Below, piece after piece: positions 17,848 to 25,232 of a stretch of DNA of 64,000 nt (position 1 is the first letter of the stretch; each line of letters opens with the position of its first letter). A program made the position numbers and the translations under genes. Below the pieces are notes generated by a model. It worked only from the letters and a program-made list of their open reading frames with translations. It was not told where the DNA came from and did not search any database. Source of the stretch: an uncultured Acidimicrobiales bacterium (GTDB lineage Bacteria > Actinomycetota > Acidimicrobiia > Acidimicrobiales > SHLQ01); contig CAZSYL010000002.1 of the NCBI GenBank assembly GCA_964610745.1, forward strand, positions 43,112-107,111, given 5' to 3'.

Positions 17848-19284
17848 ATGACTCTCATGCAGCGGATTCGTGCGTTCGAAGAGCGCACTCGGCCAGTCGA
17901 CCCCGTTGCGAAGGCGGCACTCGCTCGACGTTGGGCGACACTGCCAGAACGCAACCAGGTCCCGGGACAGATGCTCGGGAGAAAGACCACCGGATGCGAG
18001 GCAACTCATGGGGTTTTTCCGAAGTGCAACTTCGCATGTAAGCCCTGCTATCACTCCGCCGATGCCAACAAGGTCCGAGTCGATGGGCCCCATACGCTCC
18101 AGCACGTCAAACGCCAGATGAAGTATCTGTCGTCTCAACGCGGCTGGGGAACGTACGCCCAGCTCATCGGTGGCGAGGTCAGCCTGCTCGAAGCTGACGA
18201 CCATGCGGCTGCAATCGAGACCATGCGCTCCCACGGGCGAATCCCGATGAGCTTCACCCATGGTGACTTCGACTACGACTACCTCCGTGCCATCGCACTC
18301 GACGAAAAGGGCGAACCTCGCTTTCCCCACCTGTCCTTCGCTGCCCACTTCGACATCACAATGGTGGGCCGAAAAGGCATCAAGAAGCCACAGTCCGAAC
18401 AAGAGCTTCACGAGTACCGAGCTCGCTTTTGTGCGATGTTCGATCGTCTCGAAGCCGAGCACGGCATTACTCACTACCTCGCTCACAACATGACGGTCAC
18501 GCCGCAAAATATCGACGATGTTGCCGATGTTGTTCAGACCTGCCATGCCCAAGGATGGCGGATGTTCTCGTTTCAACCGGCTGCCTACATCGGCAATGAG
18601 TCGCGTTGGGCCGAGGGTTACCGCGAGCTCACCTCGGACGTTGTTTGGGGCGAGATCGAACGCGGTGCAGGTACGACCCTGGGTTACAACGCAATGCAGG
18701 TCGGAGATACCCGATGCAACCGCGTGACCTGGGGTGCATACCTGGGTGATCGCTACGTGCCATTGCTCGACGACGACGAGCCACTCGATCATCAAATGGT
18801 GGCCTCGTGGTACGAAGCCTTTCCCGGCAACTTCATCCTGCGCGATCGTGGCGATTCTGCAGTTCGAATCCTTCGTTGTCTGGCGAGCAATCCAGGTGTT
18901 GTTCCAGAGATGGCGCAATGGGCACGTCGATTTGCTGACCGAGCTGGTGGGATGAAACAGCGTTGGTGGGAAGCATCGGCCACCACCTTCGTCATGCACC
19001 AGTTCATTGACGCTGCCGATACAGCAGCGGGATGGAAGCACATCCAAGACGGCACTCGAGCCACCGACGAACGCATTCTCGAAGCGCAGGAACGACTCGA
19101 GGCTTGCGCGTACACAATGGGCCATCCCGACACCGATCAGCTCATCCCGGCGTGCGTCCAACACGGCATCCTCGACCCGATCGAGAACCGGGAGCTTGTC
19201 ACACTGCTACCGCTACCCAAACCACGGCGTGATGCCGCCTTGAGCACCGCTCCCACCGCAAAGCAGCCGCTAACAACGAACTAG
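17848..19284 (+). CDS. Radical SAM domain protein of unassigned subfamily
   Basis: The CX3CX2C motif is KCNFACKPCYH (nt 18025-18048). I trimmed the track ORF (17644 start) to the ATG at 17848 (MTLMQRIRAFEE), because the upstream part overlaps the TVP38 gene. The C-terminal region carries a further Cys pair (LEACAYTMGHPDTDQLIPACVQHG). Confidence 0.8.
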   Translation: MTLMQRIRAFEERTRPVDPVAKAALARRWATLPERNQVPGQMLGRKTTGCEATHGVFPKCNFACKPCYHSADANKVRVDGPHTLQHVKRQMKYLSSQRGWGTYAQLIGGEVSLLEADDHAAAIETMRSHGRIPMSFTHGDFDYDYLRAIALDEKGEPRFPHLSFAAHFDITMVGRKGIKKPQSEQELHEYRARFCAMFDRLEAEHGITHYLAHNMTVTPQNIDDVADVVQTCHAQGWRMFSFQPAAYIGNESRWAEGYRELTSDVVWGEIERGAGTTLGYNAMQVGDTRCNRVTWGAYLGDRYVPLLDDDEPLDHQMVASWYEAFPGNFILRDRGDSAVRILRCLASNPGVVPEMAQWARRFADRAGGMKQRWWEASATTFVMHQFIDAADTAAGWKHIQDGTRATDERILEAQERLEACAYTMGHPDTDQLIPACVQHGILDPIENRELVTLLPLPKPRRDAALSTAPTAKQPLTTN

Positions 19285-19404
19285 TTGCGTTTTTCTGTAT
19301 CGGGTCCGGACCGATATCGACCCCGGCCAGATGACCTAAGTTGTTAATCTTTTTGGCCTAGAAATGACTAAAGTTGGTCACCTTTCAGACCCGATGCTGT
19401 TTAT

Positions 19405-19821
19405 GTGATCAAGACCAACGTAAAGACACTTCTCATGCCCGAAGAGATCGATGCAGAGCTCTCCGCTGTTCTGTACCGAGATCGATGTAGCGAGCTTCTC
19501 CGGTTCTTTTTTCGCCGAACTCGCAACCCTGAGACAAGTGCTGCGTTGCTGGCACAAACCTTCGCCACAGCTGCTCAGATTCGTTTGAAGAAGAAGGACG
19601 AGAAGTCCGCTGACGACCAGGACTGGCTCACGAGCATCGCGACGCTCGAACTGGTTCACTACTTCCGCTCTGGCGTTGTATCAGACAAGGCCGTACGGAC
19701 CTTGGGCATGACAATTCCGCCACTGTCAGGGGCCGAGCTTGAACAACTCGAGGCGGATATGGGACCGGCGAACGTTGTGCAGCCGAAGCGGTCTGAACCC
19801 GAAGTCGTCGTCCTCGACTAG
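19405..19821 (+). CDS. Small hypothetical protein with degenerate ECF sigma-factor region-2-like N-terminus
   Basis: 138 aa from GTG, or 128 aa from the ATG at 19435. LYRDRCSELLRFFFRRTRNPETSAALLAQTFATAAQ resembles the sigma-70 region 2 pattern (LxRFxxRRxxDxxxAEDLxQETF) but lacks the acidic residues. The similarity is weak. Confidence 0.45.
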   Translation: MIKTNVKTLLMPEEIDAELSAVLYRDRCSELLRFFFRRTRNPETSAALLAQTFATAAQIRLKKKDEKSADDQDWLTSIATLELVHYFRSGVVSDKAVRTLGMTIPPLSGAELEQLEADMGPANVVQPKRSEPEVVVLD

Positions 19822-19895
19822 CACCGCGAGATCACCAACCTCTCGTCCAAGCGGCGAACAGCTCGCCGGACATCAATTTCTACTCCGCTGGCTAC

Positions 19896-20846
19896 GTGAC
19901 CCAGCTGGCGTTGCACCAAAGTATGGGCGTGGATCGCCGATTCGAAGAGTTCAGCCGACCCGAATGGGCAGCCCTACGTGCTTCAACCCCCCTCACTCTC
20001 AACGATGCGGATATAGACCGGATCAGGGGAATCCACGAGCAACTCGATTTCGACGAGATCGAAGAGGTTTACCTGCCGCTGTCACGGCTGCTGAATCTGC
20101 ACATCACCAAGACCCAGCAGCTCGCAACCGTCGCCGACACTTTTCTCGGCACCGATGCAGCTCCCGTGCCCTACATCATTGGACTGGGCGGAAGCGTTGC
20201 GGTCGGCAAAAGCACCACGGCACGTCTTCTCCAATCGCTTCTGTCGAATTGGTCGGATCACCCAAGTGTCGGGCTGCTAACGACCGATGGGTATCTCTAT
20301 TCGAACGAGGAGCTTGCTGAAGCAGACCTGATGGAGCGCAAGGGTTTTCCCGAAAGCTACGACACCGCAGCGCTCATCGAAACCCTGCAGGCAGTGAAGT
20401 CGGGCCAGGCCGTGGTGAAGACGCCCGTGTACTCCCACCTCGGATACGACATCGTCAAGGACACATTCGAAGAGATCCGCCAACCCGATGTGCTGATCGT
20501 CGAGGGCCTCAACGTGCTCCAGGCAAACCCGAGTTCATCAAACCTGTTCGTGTCGGATTTCTTCGACTTCTCGATCTATGTCGATGCCGAGGAAGCGCTC
20601 ATCGAACAGTGGTACATCGATCGGTTCCTCGTCTTTCGCGAGTCGGTCTTCTCAAACCCGAAGTCGTACTTTCGCCACTACGCCGACCTCGATACCGCCG
20701 AGGCAACGGCGGTCGCTTCGGGCATCTGGGATCGAATCAACGCGCCCAACCTGCGATCGAATATCGCTCCGACCCGAACCCGAGCCCAGTGCATATTGAC
20801 CAAGGGCGAGAACCATCGTGTGGTTAAGGTCTCGCTCCAGAAATAG
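19896..20846 (+). CDS. coaA: Type I pantothenate kinase
   Basis: The sequence is collinear with E. coli CoaA, from memory: EVYLPLSRLLN, P-loop GLGGSVAVGKSTTARLLQ, KGFPESYD, LIVEGLNVLQ, FVSDFFDFSIYVDA and NILPTRTRA. The start is GTG at 19896 or ATG at 19923. Confidence 0.93.
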   Translation: MTQLALHQSMGVDRRFEEFSRPEWAALRASTPLTLNDADIDRIRGIHEQLDFDEIEEVYLPLSRLLNLHITKTQQLATVADTFLGTDAAPVPYIIGLGGSVAVGKSTTARLLQSLLSNWSDHPSVGLLTTDGYLYSNEELAEADLMERKGFPESYDTAALIETLQAVKSGQAVVKTPVYSHLGYDIVKDTFEEIRQPDVLIVEGLNVLQANPSSSNLFVSDFFDFSIYVDAEEALIEQWYIDRFLVFRESVFSNPKSYFRHYADLDTAEATAVASGIWDRINAPNLRSNIAPTRTRAQCILTKGENHRVVKVSLQK

Positions 20847-21900
20847 CCGGTAGTTGCATAAGGGTGTTCGTCAGCCAAAGCTCTTCGCTTGGATTGCGAC
20901 CGAGCGCCATCGTCGCATCTCGTAAGACAGAAAACGCGGCGACAGTACTTTCGTTAGAAGCTGCGACTTCCGCACCACGAGTGCTCGCGTCCAAACTCTC
21001 TCGGTAACGATGGGCCAGCGTGGCTAAACCCATCCGCCACTCGTCAGTGCGATGCAGTCGTGCTTCGCGCTTGTGTCGCGCCTCCATCGACTTTCGTCCC
21101 GAGCCGCGCGCTCCTGTCAGCTCCTCGGTCTCGTTCATTGCCTCGCTCTCTTCGGCATGCAACTCATCGAGCGGCTGCTGGGCGGCATCTACAACGGCCA
21201 CCAGTTCCTTCACGATCTCGCTGACGGAAAACCCACTACCGTCCAGGCGTCCAGGAATCGACCACCACAAGTCGCGTCGTTCGGCGAAGGCTGGATCACT
21301 GATCAACAGCTCGGCACGGTTGACATCACCGCAGGCGCCACGAGCAGTGATGGCTGCGCGCTCCGAGCTGATACCACGTTCGACGAGAGCCGCTTCGATC
21401 GACGATTCCGATACTGCTGGAAAGTCGATCGTGACCGATCGCGATGCGATGGTGATGTGTTCGGGCGGCACCTGTTCGGCGAGCAGAATGAACATGGTCG
21501 ATGCGGGAGGTTCTTCGATCGTCTTGAGCAAGTTCGCGGCCACTCTCCCGTCGGCATCGTGAAACCGATCGAGAATAAGCACCTTGCGTCCAGCCTCGGT
21601 CGGTGACCTGGATGCCTCGACGATTACCGCTTCGGCCTCCTCCATCAAAAACGCGTTGCCGGCAGGTTCGAAAATCAGGACGTCCGGATGTTCTTCACGG
21701 ACGGCGAGGGCACGGTTGCGTTCACGGTCTTCGCCCGCTCCGACGAGCTCTCCTGCCATTCGCACCGCCGCTCGACGCTTGCCAGAGCCCCGAGGACCGA
21801 GAAACAGGTAGGCGTGCACCGGTCTCGATATCGCCGCACGAAGCTGCGCCACTGCACTGGGCTGCCCAATCACATCGGCGAAGGGGTCCTCTTCGGTCAT
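20824..21900 (-). CDS. holB: DNA polymerase III subunit delta'
   Basis: 358 aa, containing HAYLFLGPRGSGKRRAA and KVLILDRFHDAD. It is translationally coupled to tmk upstream. Confidence 0.85.
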   Translation of the reverse strand: MTEEDPFADVIGQPSAVAQLRAAISRPVHAYLFLGPRGSGKRRAAVRMAGELVGAGEDRERNRALAVREEHPDVLIFEPAGNAFLMEEAEAVIVEASRSPTEAGRKVLILDRFHDADGRVAANLLKTIEEPPASTMFILLAEQVPPEHITIASRSVTIDFPAVSESSIEAALVERGISSERAAITARGACGDVNRAELLISDPAFAERRDLWWSIPGRLDGSGFSVSEIVKELVAVVDAAQQPLDELHAEESEAMNETEELTGARGSGRKSMEARHKREARLHRTDEWRMGLATLAHRYRESLDASTRGAEVAASNESTVAAFSVLRDATMALGRNPSEELWLTNTLMQLPAISGARP

Positions 21901-22526
21901 TGTTCGCCGATACGACCAACGACCGCCTGGTGCACCCGCTCCGCGACTTCATCAACCTCGCCGTTCGCGTCGACGATAATCCAACGCGCTGGGGCGGCCG
22001 CAGCAAATCTTCGGTACGTATCGACGACCTGGCGCCCAAGCGCTACACCCGCCTCTTCGATTCGGTCGAGGTCGTCACCCAGGCGCCCTCGCGCCGCTGT
22101 TGGGTCGGCATCGAGCAGGATCGTCAGGTCGGGTTCGAGACCACCGGTAGCGAAGGCATTGAGCTCAGCGATGATCTCTACTCCGAGGTTCCGTCCCACG
22201 CCCTGATACGCAAGTGATGAAGCCACGTACCGATCCGACACGACGTCGCGGCCTGCCATCAGATCAGGAAGGATTCGTTCTTCCACGTGTTGAGCGCGTG
22301 CGGCCGCCATCAGCAGCGCCTCGGTTCGGTTGGTCAATTCGGGATTCGCCGGATTGAGCACAAGTTCGCGAATCTTCGAGCCGATCGGTGTGCCACCTGG
22401 TTCGTGTGTCAGAACTGCATCGAGCGACTCGGCTAGACGAGCTGCCTGAGTCGACTTTCCTGAGCCGTCCCCGCCCTCGAAGGCAATGAATCGTCCTCGT
22501 TTTGCCGCAGTGTCTTGAAAGTCCAT
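21897..22526 (-). CDS. tmk: Thymidylate kinase
   Basis: 209 aa with the P-loop FIAFEGGDGSGKSTQA and DRYVASSLAYQG. Confidence 0.93.
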   Translation of the reverse strand: MDFQDTAAKRGRFIAFEGGDGSGKSTQAARLAESLDAVLTHEPGGTPIGSKIRELVLNPANPELTNRTEALLMAAARAQHVEERILPDLMAGRDVVSDRYVASSLAYQGVGRNLGVEIIAELNAFATGGLEPDLTILLDADPTAARGRLGDDLDRIEEAGVALGRQVVDTYRRFAAAAPARWIIVDANGEVDEVAERVHQAVVGRIGEQ

Positions 22527-22579
22527 CGAGGCTTCAGGCTATCGGCGCGACAACGACGACGCGGGTACGATAGCTAGGT

Positions 22580-23710
22580 ATGTCGATCGACTCTGCGGAA
22601 AGCGACGGCGCTGATGTGTCGTCTGCAGGAACCTTTTCCAGTGACGAAACGGCCGCGCGTGATTTCGATCTGATCGGCGGCCTAGTCCGTCGGGCGATGG
22701 TGCTCGCAACCGTCGTCCTCGTCTTGTCATTCTTCGCACCACAACTCATCGATCGCCTACTCGAGGTCCTGAGCAGCGCTGAACGTCTACGAACGATCGA
22801 ACCGTGGTGGTTGGTCGCGATGGTCGTAGCCGAGATCGCCAGCTTCGCATCGCTGTGGTGGCTGATCAGAATACTGCTGCCCAAAGTGTCCTGGTTCGTG
22901 GCAGCGACCAGCCAGCTCACCTCGAACTCGGTCAGCCGGATCGTACCGGGCGGCGGTGGTCCCGCCGCTGGTGGCGCCGCGCTCTACCGCATGCTCTCCG
23001 CGAGCGGTGTAAGCCCCAGGCAGGCTGCTGGCGCGCTGGCAGCAACGTCGGTCCTGTCCACCGCGGCGCTCGCGGCCATTCCTGGTATTGGATTCACGAT
23101 TGCGCTGTTCGGCGCTCCGATCCCCGAAGGCATTTCTCCAATCGCGATCGCCTCGGCCGTTCTGTGTGCACTGGTTCTCGGCGTGGGTTACGTCGCACTA
23201 CGTCAGACCCGTCCACTCCTGGTCACCGGCGCCATTATCAACCGCATCCTCACGCTCGCGGGACGGATCTTCCGCAAGGACTGGGGTGTCGAACCAACGA
23301 CACTCGTCGTCGAGCGCGACCGACTCGCTGAACTCCTCGGCAAGCGCTGGCCTCAGGCGACCGCCGCCAGTGCATTGAACTGGACCTTTGACTATCTGGT
23401 TCTTGTGTTCGCTCTCTATGCCGTTGGAGCTGAACCTCGACTCAGTCTGGTCATGGTGGCCTATGCGTCGGGAGCGGTTCTCTCGATGATTTCACTCACT
23501 CCGGGCGGCTTCGGATTTGTCGAAGTTGGACTGACCGGGGTGCTCACGCTGTCGGGAATCCCGAGCGATGCTGCTGCTGTGGCAGTTCTCGCCTATCGAG
23601 GCGTGTCGTTGTGGTTCCCGATCGCCAGTGGTCTGTTCGCCTGGATTGCATTCAGGCGCAGATATTCGCGAACGTCTGTCAACCAGCGCTCGCCGATCCA
23701 ACCCATCTGA
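22580..23710 (+). CDS. Polytopic membrane protein, flippase-like / lysyl-PG-synthase TM-region (UPF0104) family
   Basis: 376 aa with about 8 TM helices. General resemblance to the LPG_synthase_TM family is judged by eye; there is no catalytic C-terminal domain. Confidence 0.6.
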   Translation: MSIDSAESDGADVSSAGTFSSDETAARDFDLIGGLVRRAMVLATVVLVLSFFAPQLIDRLLEVLSSAERLRTIEPWWLVAMVVAEIASFASLWWLIRILLPKVSWFVAATSQLTSNSVSRIVPGGGGPAAGGAALYRMLSASGVSPRQAAGALAATSVLSTAALAAIPGIGFTIALFGAPIPEGISPIAIASAVLCALVLGVGYVALRQTRPLLVTGAIINRILTLAGRIFRKDWGVEPTTLVVERDRLAELLGKRWPQATAASALNWTFDYLVLVFALYAVGAEPRLSLVMVAYASGAVLSMISLTPGGFGFVEVGLTGVLTLSGIPSDAAAVAVLAYRGVSLWFPIASGLFAWIAFRRRYSRTSVNQRSPIQPI

Positions 23711-23730
23711 GTCGAGCCGGACGGAGCGTC

Positions 23731-25122
23731 TTAGCCGAGGAAATTGCTGAAGCTTGAGCGGATGTTCTCGATGAGCTCGGTGTTGTTGAGCTGAAGCACC
23801 GCCAAGGCAATCAACCCGACAACGATCGCAGCCATGATCAGGCGACGACTCGACAACGAATCCGACGGCATCGGTGCTCGCTGCTCGGTTTCAGGAACCT
23901 CAACACTGAGCTCCGGTATGTCACTGACGGCAGTAGCGGCCGCTGGATTCGGCTCCGCCTCTGCTGCTGGCTTCATTCCCGGGAAGGCCACGCCGTGGCT
24001 GTTCTTTTCTTCGAAGACCGCTGCGTCGAGCACCTCAGGTTTCGTATCTTTGATGTCCAGCGGATTGGCAAGCAGACCGGACGGATCGGAAAAAACGGTC
24101 TCCTTAGTCAGTACTGCCGGTTCCTCGGCGATCGGCTCAGGTTCGACGGGGACGTCCACCACATCGGTGTTCTCGCGCGAAATACGCTCGATGCTCTCCA
24201 TGTCGACGCCGGCAATGGTCGTGGGCACGTCATTGTTGTCAAGGTCAGCAAAGTAGTCGACCGGTTGGTCTGCCCGTGCAACAACGACCGGCTCTTCCAC
24301 GCCTGTATCGATTAGAGTCGGAGGCTCCGACGTCGCAACGACCTCTTCAATTTGTGTCTGTGGTGGTGTTGGAGCCGGAGGGTTAGCGGCTGCTGGAAGA
24401 GCTTCGGACGAAGCTGGGCGGTTCGCAGCAGCTGGAAGCGTTGGCGCTGGGGCTGGAGGAAGAGTTGGCGCAGGAGCTGGCGGAGCTGAAGCGGCTTGAG
24501 GCGTCGCCTGCCCGACCTCAATTTCGACGGGCTGAAGGACATGAGCAGGTGCTGGGCGACCGGCATCGAACCCGGTGTCGACAGCTACCTCTCCGTTGCT
24601 GAACAACCCTCGGCGCTCCGTATCGGTTTTCTCGGTGTTCTCGACCTTGACGTGTTCGGCTGGAGAGGCTGCGGCCGCTCCCGCTTGGGTTTCGTGGTTC
24701 TCAGCAATGTCACCGAATAAGCCAGAGCTAGAGACGACTGGCGCGGGATCGTGAATCGGCACCACCGGCGCAGGTGCCGACAAGCTTGGAGGCTGGGGCG
24801 TCGGCGGTGCCAGCTCCTCGGCTGGGTCGAGCAGCGCATGACGGGGGGTCTTGGCTGGTTCGGCCAATGGTGCAGGCTCGGGTTCTTCCACCAACTTGAG
24901 AGGCGTCGGTGCAACGGCTGCTTGCTCGGCCACAGGTGTGTCCACATCTGCGGCTCCGTCGGGAGCCGTGGGCACGCTGTACAGCGCCGGAGGTGTCTCG
25001 TTCGACCTGATCTGGGCCGCACGTGCGCCGAGACCATCGAGTCGATTGAGAATCGAGTCGAGGTTCGATCCGCCATCGTCCACGTTGTCTTCAGGAATAG
25101 CTCTGTGCTCAGCCATACTCAA
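23731..25122 (-). CDS. Pro/Ala-rich protein with a single C-terminal TM helix
   Basis: 463 aa of low complexity (APAPTLPPAPAPTLPAAANRPA...). The TM segment is RRLIMAAIVVGLIALAVLQL. It lies downstream of topA on the same strand. Confidence 0.6.
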   Translation of the reverse strand: MSMAEHRAIPEDNVDDGGSNLDSILNRLDGLGARAAQIRSNETPPALYSVPTAPDGAADVDTPVAEQAAVAPTPLKLVEEPEPAPLAEPAKTPRHALLDPAEELAPPTPQPPSLSAPAPVVPIHDPAPVVSSSGLFGDIAENHETQAGAAAASPAEHVKVENTEKTDTERRGLFSNGEVAVDTGFDAGRPAPAHVLQPVEIEVGQATPQAASAPPAPAPTLPPAPAPTLPAAANRPASSEALPAAANPPAPTPPQTQIEEVVATSEPPTLIDTGVEEPVVVARADQPVDYFADLDNNDVPTTIAGVDMESIERISRENTDVVDVPVEPEPIAEEPAVLTKETVFSDPSGLLANPLDIKDTKPEVLDAAVFEEKNSHGVAFPGMKPAAEAEPNPAAATAVSDIPELSVEVPETEQRAPMPSDSLSSRRLIMAAIVVGLIALAVLQLNNTELIENIRSSFSNFLG

Positions 25123-25232
25123 ATATTCGGCAGATTTCGCCCCATCTGGAGCAAAAACTGTGGGCCAGATGACTCACCGTGTCCCATTTCGACTCTGCCG
25201 CAAGGCCCCGAAAGGCCACGCCTGCGTGTGGG

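Noticed and set aside
17770-19164. 464-aa ORF on the minus strand, one of the longest in the track
   Set aside because: It is entirely antisense to the radical-SAM gene, whose frame carries a clear CX3CX2C motif. The product is Arg/Gly/Val/Ser-rich with no motif. This is a typical antisense open frame in GC-rich DNA.
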